DNA of 61,494 bases, the filler included, from Basidiobolus meristosporus CBS 931.73 (taxonomy: Eukaryota > Fungi > Basidiobolomycota), in assembly GCA_002104905.1 (NCBI GenBank). It is 4 parts of 4 records of this genome, joined end to end, with 100 filler letters (N's around TTAATTAATTAA, not from the genome) between each part and the next. Parts side by side here need not be neighbours in the genome. Positions count along the whole stretch, not along the records: positions 14,368 to 30,754 come from MCFE01001125.1; positions 30,855 to 50,036 come from MCFE01001041.1; 2 more parts are not named here. One strand, given 5' to 3'. The position numbers and the translations under genes were made by a program. Of the stretch, positions 23,353 to 35,423 are shown one piece after another. The notes under the pieces were generated by a model that searched no databases, had not been told where the DNA came from, and saw nothing but the letters and a program-made list of their open reading frames with translations. Within the stretch, counting starts at the first letter, position 1; each line of letters begins with the position of its first letter.

Positions 23353-24399
23353 TCAGCTGGCTTTTGTTTTCTCCACCGATGTGCTGCCAAGAAGCTTTTT
23401 GAACCTTAAAAATATCTTACACAACCATATTAAATTCAATAAGTATAGGCAGCCTAGAGCTGTCCCAAACACAGTCAACAGGTGTAACGGAATAGAATGG
23501 ACTACAGGAAGAATATCAACTGATCACGAGGTTAGAATGTGTTGAAAGATATCCCTTCGAATGTTGAACATACCGATTAGATGATATAGGGACCAGGTGC
23601 CGTGGATGATCCGCACTCCAAAAAATGTGCTCAGTAATATCCCACTGTTGATCTTCTGTCCAAGGCTTCCCTCAAAGCCAAGTTTGTCCTACAGAAATGT
23701 TCGATAAGCCCTAAGACCGAGCTTCAAAGAGATAGCCAAACGCTGCATACCATAAACCACTGAACGTTAAGAAACGGTGTACTCAGCTCGAACATTAAAA
23801 AGATGCAGCCATAGTACATGGTGAGGGGTCTCTGAATAAAGCTCGTTACGTCAGGAAGAATTCGAGCTGAATATAAACTGCACTTACATAGGAGAATAGT
23901 GCAAGAGCAAAACAGGAACACGCGTGGATTAAAGGCCCCAGTCCATACTCCTTTAAATATTTACCGTGGAATAAGGTATCCCACAAAAAATAGCTTCGTT
24001 TCGGATCAGTGGTGGAAGGTTGAACGAACGTCTGGTAAATGAAACATACCCACAGGCGATTGCGTAAACATCTCCCGCATGAGAATCGTAGCCAAACACT
24101 CTATCATTGAGGAGACGAGGTTCGAAGCAGATAGGTAATGCAAGCGTGACAATCAGAATGCAATGTAGAAAAGAGACCACGTGGGCATCCCAAGAGGTTT
24201 GCTCCTTGCTGTTGAGGCTACGGTATGTCTTTCGGAATAGTAAAGGGGAGAGTGCACGAGATAAACAGAAAGTTCCTTGACATGCAGCCGCTGATAACAA
24301 AACCACTTGCCAATGAAAGGCCAGCTTCTCAAAGCCAAATTCTCGAAAGATGGTCTGAACAGATTGCTCTAGAGTCGGATCGTTTGCTGTTGAACTCAT
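23353..24399 (-). CDS. TLC-domain (TRAM/LAG1/CLN8, TMEM56-like) membrane protein, 5 exons
   Basis: WDAHVVSFLH, DRVFGYD, GYFLWD, LIHACSC, FLMFELSTPFLN, FFGVRI; spliced stop TGA at 23353-23355. Confidence 0.9.
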
Positions 24400-24968
24400 T
24401 GATAGAGTGCTTTGGGCGTAGTCTAGCCAGATTCAATCGAAACGAAACCGCACGAAGATTTTTCGTTAAGGTACTAGGGTATTATATCTGGTAGTCTCTT
24501 TCCACACTGAAGTGGTTGAAAGCTCATGATAATGATTAATTAGTCTAAACTAACTATCCCATTTTCATCCAATCACAGCAGAGGTCTATTGAGGATTCGA
24601 GAATACCGGTGCTGCTGTAACAGAATCAAACGCGAACGTAAAGGGTGGCAAGTCTAAGCAAAATCCCTCCCCCCAAAATCACCACTAAATCTAGTGGCGT
24701 CACTATCCATAAATTTCACATACAACTGGAAAGAACCCAGTTGAAAACTGTGATAATATGCTCACTACAATGGCCAAGCAATTTGCTAATCCCTTAGTCA
24801 GGTCAGTGTACAACTCACCTGATGTATATATGGCTATACCGTACTCAACTTCGCCCGGAGAATAGAAGCTACATTCCTCGGAAACTCTTGTTGCAACAGT
24901 CATACGCCCTCGTAAACAAAAGGTAGAGAGTTAATAATCTATCTTGCGAAGCACCCATTAACTACCAA

Positions 24969-25990
24969 ATGGCAAAGATGTTTGACTGTGAGTACAGTTG
25001 GTATACGGAGCACCGCAGGGGTGGAGAGAAAGCAGATCACAGGATACCTCACCAAAAGGTTTGCAAGTAACAAATCGTTAGTTGAGGGTAGCGGAGGGAA
25101 GCAATGGAGTGAGCTCACTACCGGTGAAAAAGGTCTGCCCTCGGTTGAAATATGCACTTGTTTGTCTAGTTCAGAAAAACTTATACTTCCGTCGATTAGT
25201 CGTGGCAGCAGGCAAAACAACTACCAACCTTGGAGTTATCGCCCTAGGTGTTGGAATTCTAGGTACCGACTTATACAATACCCATCCCAGCATTGGTAAA
25301 AAATAACCGTGTGACGAAACAGGAACTATCGTTTATTATCTTTCTGCGGAGCTTTTCGGTTCTGAAAGCTCAACACATGTATTCGGGGATGCCCTCGATA
25401 AGATTCGAGCTAATGACGAGGTGACTAGGAAATAGCAATGCATCATTTAGCGATACTAATACTAATCACCCATTTTTTCAAAGCTACAAGCCGTTCTCGG
25501 TAACCCCATAAAAGGGTATGGCGAGCCATCATCGAGCCAACGACGCAGAAATAGAAGAATAGCGTAGGTGCCCTTTAAGACATGACATGTGAATAGGAAC
25601 TGCTTACGAGCCATTTTCTATGATAGTTCTCAAGTAGTTGATGATGCGACTGGCACAACACACATGCTTATGCGCTTCTTTGTCGAAGGGCCAGACAACA
25701 CCGGTGAGGCGCATCTGGATATGACCAAGGTAAAATTGGATCGTTTGTGTAGTGGAAAGCCACGGCTAAATAGAAGAGTTTTACCATTAGGTTGGAAAAG
25801 GAAAATGGGAGTATAGGTATCTCTACGTCGACGTACCCGGTAACGAAGATCCACCATCGTTCTAGAAAGATATGCACCGCCTAACCGTTTACCTATTAGG
25901 ACGTGGTTTGCCTTCCAAACGAGTTGTTGTAGAACATCATTCTTTCCAACAATAAGCATTAATAAATCCATTTGTCATGATTTTTTACAT
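24969..25990 (+). CDS. TIM21: Mitochondrial import inner membrane translocase subunit Tim21-like, multi-exon; ends approximate
   Basis: WSELTTGEK, TM segment LGVIALGVGILG, ELFGSESS...FGDALDKI, LGNPIKGYGEP..RRRNRRI, MRFFVEGP, KWEYRYLYVDVP. Confidence 0.85.
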
Positions 25991-26209
25991 TGGATCCGGC
26001 TCAGATATTTGTGTATTTGAGATGACAAAGGTGAATCCGCTTGCTGGCTTTATTTTGCCAATGAAATCACAATATGAGCCGAAACGGATGATAGCTGTGA
26101 CTGATAAATTCGCACACGTAAAGCTCTCCCCTCATTGTGCTCATAGATATTCGCATAAAGGGCAAGCTGTCCCCTCTAATTTTCAGTTGACTTTGTAACA
26201 AATACTGCC

Positions 26210-27671
26210 ATGACGGACGGACGGGCCATCACCGCGGTTAGGTAAAAAATGAAGCTCTGACATCTGGTCTTTCCTTGTTCATAACTCATTTCCCTAGACA
26301 TGAAATTGATGCTGTCAAGTTGGAAGCCTACTTGGTTGAGAATGTGCAAGGATTCAAGGTTCCTTTCGAGTTGCAGCAGTTTGCCTTTGGTCAGAGCAAT
26401 CCAACCTATCTATTAATTGACGCAAAGTAAGCGAGACCTGGTGTGAATGTCTTCCCCTTAACCTTAAGATGACTTACCTCAAAACTACGCTTCTTAGCAA
26501 GACCAAGTATGTTGTGCGCAAGAAGCCACCGGGCCAAATTCTATCCCGTACTGCTCATGCTGTTGAAAGGGAATACAAAATCCTGCATGCTTTGAGCAAA
26601 AATACCGACCTGCCGGTACCCAACGTGTATTGCCTCTGTGAAGACAGCGCCATCATAGGCACCCCTTTCTATGTTAGTGCCATGTATATGCTCAGCCTTT
26701 ACTCTCTCAAGGTCACCTGCTAAAAATGCTGTTTAGGTAATGGAATTCATGAACGGGCGCATTTACACCGAGGTTCTCTTCAAGGACCTACCTCCCACGG
26801 AGCGTAAACAATGGCATGTATCATTTCCTGCTATTATGTCAGCCAAGATCAACGGAACTAACTCCTGAGTATTAGTTGGCGCTCAGCGGTGTCCACTCTT
26901 GCTAAGCTTCACTCGGTAGACTATCGCAAGATCGGTCTTGCGGATTATGGGAAAGATTCCGGCTTTTATGCCCGACAGATCAAGTCACTGGGTAAAATAT
27001 CCACGATACAATCTCAAGTGAAGAACGAGCAGGGTGAGCCAGTAGGTGAGCTCCCTGGCTTCAAGAGAATCCTGGCATGGTTCAGCCAAAACCTCAGCGA
27101 TGATACTACCACCTTAATTCACGGCGATTATAAGGTAGCGAACCATTGGCACCCTTGTATGCTTTCCGACTACCTAACACATATATTGGCAGATCGACAA
27201 CCTAGTCTTCCATCCAACCGAACCCAGGGTCATCGGGATCCTGGATTGGGAGCTCTCCACCGTAGGCCATCCCCTCTCTGACCTTACCAATCTGCTCCAG
27301 CCATACCTCATCCTTCCAAACAGCAATCTTTCTCTGACACGCCTCGACGAGGAGACTATCAGGGATTTGGAGCTTCCAACCAAGGATGAGCTGATGCAGC
27401 TGTATTGTGAGATTGCGAACCGGGAATATCCGATCAAGAATTGGAATTTCTTCATCGCCTTCTCTTTCTTCCGGGTATGTTCATTACAGGTGGGCAAGTT
27501 GATGTTCAATCTAACCAGTTCCTTCAGTTGGCAGTGATCACCCAAGGGATTGCCGCCAGGGCAGCCAAGAAGCAGGCTAGCTCTGCGCAAGCGGCAAAGT
27601 ACGCAAAGATGTTTCGTCCACTCTCTAACCTGGTGCTTGCTATCATTGACCAATCAAGCAGCAAGCTCTAA
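26210..27671 (+). CDS. APH/choline-kinase-like phosphotransferase (ACAD10/11 N-terminal-like), peroxisomal PTS1, 7 exons
   Basis: [69 protein letters not shown]; C-terminus SSSKL. Confidence 0.93.
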
Positions 27672-27790
27672 CATATATATAAATAAATGCAGATATCGAC
27701 TACCCCGATAAATAAATACAGACATCGACTACCCTGATAAATATATAAAATAAAGATATCAACTACTCTGATCAACAGCTACTCGCCATA

Positions 27791-28579
27791 ATGTTCCATT
27801 TCAAGACCAAATTTGGGCAATGCCTAATCATCCAGCGTATTCGGTCAACCAAAACAATTCCGTATAAAAGAGATCAGAGAGCAGAGGCTGCACCACAAAC
27901 AACATGCTTCAATACGGCTATTTACTAGGTAAGTCCTGTTTCCCATAGCTAGTGCAACCCGCATTTTTTGACACTCTTCGTAGGTGAAGGAGGCGAGACC
28001 AAGATCATCACTCCACCCCAGCTTAAAGGGAAGATAGGCTTGACTCCAGGCAACCGTTTCTGCCTTGTTGGTACCAGAAACGCCATCCTCGAATGGCTTC
28101 GCAACCACTACGATACCATCGTCGAGGCCAACTTAGGATATAAGCATGAGATAGAGCAAGATTTGGTGTTCGACACTTACCATCAATACAATGCAAGTGC
28201 CAGCTGGACAGAAACCTTCTGGAATTATGTTGGTTGGCCTGACAAGAACACTGAGCATGTCCGTGTCGAGATCCGGATTCGTAACGCAAAGACTGATGAT
28301 GGCGTCGAGCCCTATCATAGAGTCTTGACCCCAAACAAAGTCACCCTGGGTGCTATGGCCGACACCCTCGAAAAACAATGGGCAAGCTCAGGCCCCTCCT
28401 ATGTGGATATTGCCAAGCATCTGTTGAATGACGAGCCTTTGCCTGCACCGTATGTTGACAATCTCCCATTGTCGGGTATCCTGGTTGAGGAAACCACACC
28501 CACCACTGAAACAGCAGCTGAACCGGAACCTCTTAACACTCCTGATCACAAAGACAATGAAGTTCCTTATTTGGCGTAG
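27791..28579 (+). CDS. Hypothetical protein, probably 3 exons (MFHFKTKFG...GYLLGEGGETKIITPPQL...)
   Basis: Long open final exon (27984-28579), GT-AG introns upstream, CpG-normal gene-like composition; no recognised domain. Confidence 0.7.
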
Positions 28580-30012
28580 GGAACGTTTTTCTCGAACTGT
28601 CTACATCATCGTTGAATGTAACATAAATCACATTTGTCAATATCTCTCTTATTATATAAATGCCACCCAGTATTTTTGTCTAGAGAATTCATTTAATGCG
28701 TAGCACATAGGCCATAGACACTTCACCACCTGCATTGAGTGGATCTTCACCAACTATTTAGAGGAGGCGGACTAAATGAGATGCACCTCAGACACTAACA
28801 AACATCATCCCAGACAACGGAATTGACCTTACGAAACGGTGGCCATTCTTTGGCATACATTTCGCTGTCGTACCCATCTAAAATCAGGTTTCCATGCCAC
28901 TAACAAGTACTGCTTGATGACACAAGTCTGCTTGCCACTCAGAAGCAATGTCTGATGACACAATACTCCAGACGCCCGTGATATTCTCAGTAACTGATTG
29001 TTGAGTGATTGCCTCAGCAACTGATTGCGAGATTAAGGAAATTCATTTAGGAATGAAATGGCAGCAGGGAGCAGGGAGCAGGGAGCAGGGAATTGGCTCT
29101 AGACAATTTTAGCGGGCGGTGGACCACTTTGGTTAGCACTTCCTCCCTTGCGATGATCACTTTGGTTAGTATTCACACACCTACGATGATCACTTTGGTG
29201 GAGTGGAATTGCTCACGACAACAATGACGCTGAACAATGGATTGGTCCAAGGAAAACGGAATGGAGAAGCGCAAAAAGGAAGGATTAGGCTTTGGTGCCC
29301 AGACTTCCAATTTCCATATACGCATGGGTAATTGTGTTGGTGTAATTTTCAAGCCAAATTCGGCCCAGAGCTTAGATTGCCCAATATTCCTGTGCAAAGC
29401 TTGTTCCTCGTTGTTTCTGGCCAACACAGGCCGAAACACATGTCCGGGGTATATATTTCTTACTCCTTGCTGAGAGTTGTTACTCCATCGTGCCGTTCAC
29501 CGGTGGTATTCAAATCAATAATATCATACCATTAGTGGCAGTGGTAATACATTGTAGTACTCATTAAATCTACTTTTTCCAATGGATCTGATGAGGGTCC
29601 TCGGTTTGAAAGTCACCATTTCCCATTTTGTACTCTTGCTAATTAGCTAGCAAATATTCTTTAAAACTCTATTATCAAATCCCCACCTCACCCCTTATTG
29701 TCGCTTGATATCTTTGTTCCCTTTGCCCGCCTTGCCAGTCGATCTATTTTCTTCAAAAGTGCTGTCCCCATTAGTCACTTGCTTCGTCTCGACATATCGA
29801 CTGTAGCTGATAATTTATTCCATTTGTGCTCCTTCGCCCTCCAAACAGTATGTAACGTTTCTTGCTTTCCATCCCATTGTCTAGACTACCATATTGGGCG
29901 TGCTCTGAATTTCCACCCTGTGTGTCTTTTGCTTTTGATTGAACCTCCCTGCTCATGAACGTTTGTTTAGTTGGTATAAAGTTTAGGTTTGAAAGCTTTC
30001 AAGAACCTTTAA

Positions 30013-30754
30013 ATGAGTTACGCACAGGCCCCACGCTCTGGTCGCTCTTCTCCCGGCGGGCTGAGAGCGTCCCCCAATGACTATGGCTTGATGCCGAAAC
30101 GTAGTCCACCGCCACCACCGAAGCTCTCGAAAAGCCACTCCTCCGGGGCTATTCCAAATGGACAACAGCTTAATTCAGCAAATAATAGCCTTGGCTCTAA
30201 ACCAATCCCTCCCCATAAGTTAAGTCGCAGTGTAAGTACCAACAACGGTTCTTTCACTTCCGACGCTTCCACCGGAAGCCTGAAAAGCCTGAATAGTGCC
30301 TATAGTGGTGCCCTGGAGCCTATATCACCATCCTCAGAATTGGGAAAGAATACGCTGAAGGGGGTGCTGAATTCTTTGGTCACTTCAGTATCGGTATGTT
30401 GTTTTCCTCCCACATTGGGCCTCTTATTCCACCATTTTGCGTAGAACGCTGACATTTTGAATGGATATTTTAGATTTCCTGTCTCCCGACAAGAAGGTCG
30501 AGATATCCTCTCCTTACAACCCTAGACACGTAACGCATGTTGGCTTTAATCCCGATACAGGGGAGTTCACCGTAAGTCTCTTTACAAACCCACCGCTAAA
30601 GTAAGTAGTCCTAACCTTGCACTTAAAACCTAGGGATTACCTCGTGAATGGCAAGTTTTATTACAAGAAGCAGGAATTACAAAACAGGAGCAGAAGGCCA
30701 ACCCGCAGGTATAATGGACACGCCGATACATATTAAGGGCCTTTTCTAACCCTC
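30013..30754 (+). CDS. Ste20/Cla4-type PAK kinase, N-terminal part with CRIB/PBD; truncated by gap
   Basis: Spliced EISSPYNPRHVTHVGFNPDTGEFT|GLPREWQVLLQEAGITKQEQKANPQ; introns start at ~30393, 30572, 30709. Confidence 0.92.
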
Positions 30755-30854
30755 NNNNNNNNNNNNNNNNNNNNNNNNNNNNNNNNNNNNNNNNNNNNTT
30801 AATTAATTAANNNNNNNNNNNNNNNNNNNNNNNNNNNNNNNNNNNNNNNNNNNN
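30755..30854. other. Assembly gap with artificial linker
   Basis: N44-TTAATTAATTAA-N44. Confidence 0.99.
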
Positions 30855-32650
30855 TTGTGATCTGCTTCTGGAAAAATATTCCAAAGATGTCAACATATGA
30901 CTCCCAATGATTCCAATGTACTCTTGATAGAGGTGGCTTCAAAAGGCCACTTGCATAAATACATATCCTGTTGTTCAAGTCCTTTCAACAATATTGTTGT
31001 ATAGGTGTATATGTTACAAGGTGAGTTCTGAGTCTTCTTCAAGTTCATCCTCCATGTTACTATGCTCCAGGGCCTCAATATAGGTAAAGGCTCTTGATGG
31101 CTGGTGTCCATTTCTTCTCTGAGGGCAGTACTTTACAATATGTCCCTGCCGGTGGCAATTGAAGAAAAGTCCTTTCTTCTTACATTCTTCTGAGGTAGGG
31201 TTCTTCTGCATAGTGCCTATTTCCATTGGCAATGCTTCTGATTGTCTTCTTTCATAATGATTGTAGCCTCTCTGATTAGTCATTGTTGGCTACCCAACTC
31301 CAAACATAGCTGAGACATAGTCAATGGAAATCTTGATGGCTTCTTCAATAGTCTGATGTCTTCAATAACTCACTTCCTTACAAGTTCTTTGTTTCAACCC
31401 ATCAATAGAGTATTCAACTTGACCCAGAGGGTCCATTCTTTCAATTTGCCCAAGTAGACATCTATATTCATAGATGTACTCTTGGACCTTTCCTTTCTCT
31501 CTGAGTGTCTTCAGCTTTCTTCATAGTAGTGTCTATTGGTGGCTCAAAAGCATCCTGAATTTCCAACACAAACTCATCCCAGGTAGAAATTGTAGAGCAT
31601 CCCATCATTGTGGCTGAACTGATTTTGTTGTGGTACCACTGTAAAGCTGCATCTGCCAGGTAAGAGGCTGCATAATGTAACTTGCTTTCTGGAGCAATTC
31701 CCTTAGCCTTGAAAGCTTCTTCAGTCTGGAAGAGCTAAGTTTCCAGGTTTTCATTGACTCTACCATGGTACATGTTGACCTTCACACAAAAGTTGCTCTT
31801 GACAGGGTTTTGCTGGCTTTGGGCCATGGTAGTCATTCCTTGTTGCTGCTGGGCCAGGATTTGATGCATAGCACTCTTGTATTCTTGACTTTTGGACATC
31901 TTGAGGGAGGCTTCTTCTTTCTTCAGCAGGGAAATTTCTGGTTATCACTGCTACCAATGTTACAAGTCTTGGTATAAGAGTTGTAGAGGAATAGGGAGGT
32001 TAGCTAGTATTGTATTCACTAAAACTTGACCTGATCTTTATTGATGTTCCAGCAGCTCCTTATTTATATTTTGCCAGATCCATTGCTGACTAATTGTATT
32101 TCCTAATGTAGGCTGTGGCTGATGACTCATCTGATTGCATCATCATCACCTAATAAGTTCCTACTTAATATATCCATGTCTGCCTGATAAGGATCTACCA
32201 AATCATTTGCTGACTAGTGCTACTGATTTGATACATAATACTGATATACTGATAAGCTAAACATGTTGCTAATTGATTTGACTAAAGAGTGATTGAACTT
32301 AAACATTCAAGCGGAAGATCATAACATATAATACTCATTGGAGCTCATGAGAAGTACATTGGTTAGTGGATACTCTACAATATCTTGCCATTTTTTTGAA
32401 TATCACCAGTATCTTGAATGGATAATTCCACTTGAAATGTCCTGTGTACAACTTGGTCATTAGTATAGGGACATTATTAAAAAGCAAATGCATTGCTCCC
32501 AGTGAGATGCTTTTGCTCCAACAGATACCCTCTATCTGAAGTATCTCTGGTTTCCAATTGATTCCATATTTGACCAATGGCTTATAGCTTGCTAAGTTTG
32601 CTACAATTGCTTGTGGAATTCTGCACATTCTTTCACTCTTTTTGTCAATA
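30855..32650 (-). pseudogene. CACTA(Tnp2)-like transposase fragments (30855-31011 and 32327-32650) split by an LTR element
   Basis: GINWKPE...GAMHLLFNN..LMTKLY and DMYLCKW..STLESLGVIC match the transposase copies at 48727-49400 and 53547-54100. Confidence 0.75.
31012..32326 (-). mobile_element. Internally deleted gypsy: 5' LTR (31958-32326), iMet-like PBS, gag pseudogene (31014-31899)
   Basis: LTR TGTTA...TAACA followed by TTGGTAGCAG; gag motifs AALQWY, TWDEF, PMEIG and a degenerate knuckle FFNCHRQGHIVKYCP. Confidence 0.8.
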
Positions 32651-32689
32651 CACATGTGAGTATAAGACAGCTTTGTATTTGATACATTG

Positions 32690-33848
32690 CTCCATAAAGT
32701 TGTGACACCACATATACATGTATATGCAACATATGGAGTGTAAGCAAATACCAAAAGAAATTAGAAGGTGGGCTTCCAGAGGAAAAATACACACTGCAAG
32801 CAACTGCATCAGAATTGCACCAGCATGCTTTGCTGGACTCCTTACCAGGTGTGGTACAGACAGCACACTGTTGCACATCAGTCCAATATATGCCAACGTT
32901 CTTTACCTAGATGCACTCTTGGTTACATACACACATAGCATCACATTGGACTCAGCCAAGGGCCCTGACAATGCATCATATTGTGCCTGCACATGCTATT
33001 ACCCCTGAACATCAGCAAGTTACTTCTGGGGAAATGACCAACATAAACCCACTGGAAGTACCTTCACTACAGGAGTCTTTGGCAAGCAAAAGTAAATATC
33101 AGTATGTAGCACTCCAGGTTAGTTCTGTAACATCCTCTTGACTAATTTGGTGCAGCAAAGTTAGAGTAGTGCACTTATTAACCAGCAGGCAAAATATTGA
33201 CTACAAGCACACAAGTAGCCAAGATAATAGTTCACAAGGAAATAGTTTAGGTGTGCAACCAAAAGCTTTAGTAGCAATACCTGTAAGAAAAAAAACCCCA
33301 GAGAAGATGATTCAATTGCATTGAGTTGACATTATATGTCATGAGCCAAATAATACATTTTTTTGCAATCCTAATTGAATATTTGGACACTGATGAGCAC
33401 CAAATTTTTGACATACATAATATCATGGTTGTTAACATTTGAGACACTACACCTGTGAGCAAAAACCCCTCATACCTATACTCATCTGTAAGACCTGTGC
33501 AGCAAGTTGATTTGTGTCACAGCTGCCCAATTGTCAGCATGCTAGCTATGGCACCTTGTCCAATCATTGAAATCAGGTTATTACCTGCTGAATAGGCCCA
33601 ATAGGATATTTGAAGGCAAATCAGGCAGCTTGTTTACTAGTCAAAGTGCCAATTGGGGGCTCACAGCTTCAGGACACTTGTAGACCAATCAAAAACTAGC
33701 ACTTTATCCAACTAGAGTGGTGGTAACCCAGATGATGAGTATTTTTATAGTTTATAGCATAAAACACAATTATATCCATTTGCATTAAAGAAACAATGTG
33801 GAACAGGAGATTTTATCTTCTATTATAGTGGTATCCGATTGCGCATTG
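32690..33848 (+). mobile_element. Diverged fragment of the PHIS-like element family (accessory ORF 3' part), inverted relative to 40400-41600
   Basis: QATASELHQHALLDSLP and HAIT..HQQVTSGE...LASK match the minus strand of 41000-41600; DNA similarity continues to ~40400. Confidence 0.75.
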
Positions 33849-33849
33849 G

Positions 33850-34720
33850 CCAGTTCTATCAAACTGTCTTCTGGCCTGTTTCTATTATATGCAGGCTTTG
33901 CAGTGCTCCCAACTTGCTAGGGGTCAATTCTTGCTCTGGAAATTAACTGATCTTTGATTATTTTTAGCAAATAATCAAGGTTGATATGATCAAATCTACT
34001 CTACCAAAGCATTGGTATATCTGTATGTACATTACCTATACTTGGCTTCCAGATACATTGAATGTTGGTCAGCTTGTATGGATCCTGAGGTAAGAAGTTC
34101 TTTATGTGATGTAAATTGTTGAGATATTCCAGAGTCAGTCTAACACATCAACTAGTCCTTGTTCTCTTTGATACTTAATATGGATGTCAATAGTCTATCT
34201 GCAGCTGTTTCATCATCTCTATGTTTAGTCCTTTTTTGCCAATTATGTTGGTTTTGGAGCACTGGCCCAAATGTGTCCTTTCCATATGGAGTTACAGAAA
34301 GAAATGCTGCTGTTGACTTTGAAGGGTATTGAGTACCACTTTAGTTGGCTATAATTGCTTATTAGAGCTTTTTCTTCTTCATTCTGATTGGTGCTTGATT
34401 TTCTCAATTGCTCATCCAAATGCCTTCTATACTGGTAATCAAATGTCAAATATTCAGTTCTGGAATCTAGTGCTGATACATGGCCACAAAGCACATCTGT
34501 CATGCTATCAATGAGGGTAACTATTGCATCTTTTTCAGTGGCTTGTAGACCAACTAATTGAGTCTCATCAACCAACAGAGTAAATCTTTTTGTCACATTT
34601 TGCATTTCTTTTGTTGGCAGCTTCTATGCATTAAAGTATTTATGTAAGATATACTTTCTTAGCAGCTAAAAGAGACTGGTAGGTATTTTCCAATGCCTTG
34701 CAAGCATTGTTTGCTATATT
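33850..34720 (-). pseudogene. Heavily decayed copia gag/pre-integrase fragment
   Basis: EEKALISN..KGNSSISF and LW..RFDHINLDYL remnants similar to copia B. Confidence 0.7.
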
Positions 34721-35095
34721 TGCTCTTCAGGGGCCAATTCATACAACCAATTCTGAATGATGTACCATTGGCATCACTATCTCTTTGACACAGAATTTAT
34801 GCTCTGTGGTGGCATTTGGGCAGTCTGTCCACAGTTATTTTATATGGGAGTTTCTGGAGACCAGTGCACAAATCATGGTATAAAGTTGCAGGGCAACTAT
34901 CTGAGCCTTGCACAGTGGGCATTACAGCAGACCCACTTATTGATTAGTGGATTCTAAAGATATTACTTGTTCAGCGCAATGTTGGGCTCGGTCTAAGTCA
35001 TGGGTATAGGGACCTGTATAGGCTGGTAAACCTGCAGCAGAGTTACTACTCAAGATCTAACAGAAATAAGCCAACTTGTGTAGATGAGAAGTAAG

Positions 35096-35423
35096 TGTTA
35101 TAAAAGTCTTGGAGAGCAAGTGGATTACTTAGTTTTTGCTTAATAATTAATAGGATGTAAAAGCAGTAAATGTACTTTTGCATGGTCTTGGCATAGAAAG
35201 CACATAGAATAGGCTTAGGAAGATTTCACAAGTACATGTGCAAGGTTTGGGGCTGTTTGGACAACTTTGAGAATTTTCATCTTCTAGGTACCTGGTATTT
35301 TGGTGAAAATAATCTAAGTAAATCCCAACAAGGAATATGGTTGGTACTCTATAAGATTGGTAGGTAATGATCAAATTGACTAGGCTAGGTGGATACTTAG
35401 GTGGAATTACAAATTTTTCCACA
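35096..35423 (-). repeat. Diverged copia solo LTR
   Basis: Colinear with 1051-1399; flanks GTAAG / CTAAG are a possible decayed 5-bp TSD. Confidence 0.75.

Noticed and set aside
29121-29199. Repeat-spacer pattern as a CRISPR array
   Set aside because: Only three short repeats with 14-nt variable parts, eukaryotic context, no cas genes.
33255-33790. Captured host-gene fragment shared with 40455-41010
   Set aside because: Homology extends to 32690-33848 and is explained as a second copy of the PHIS-like element.
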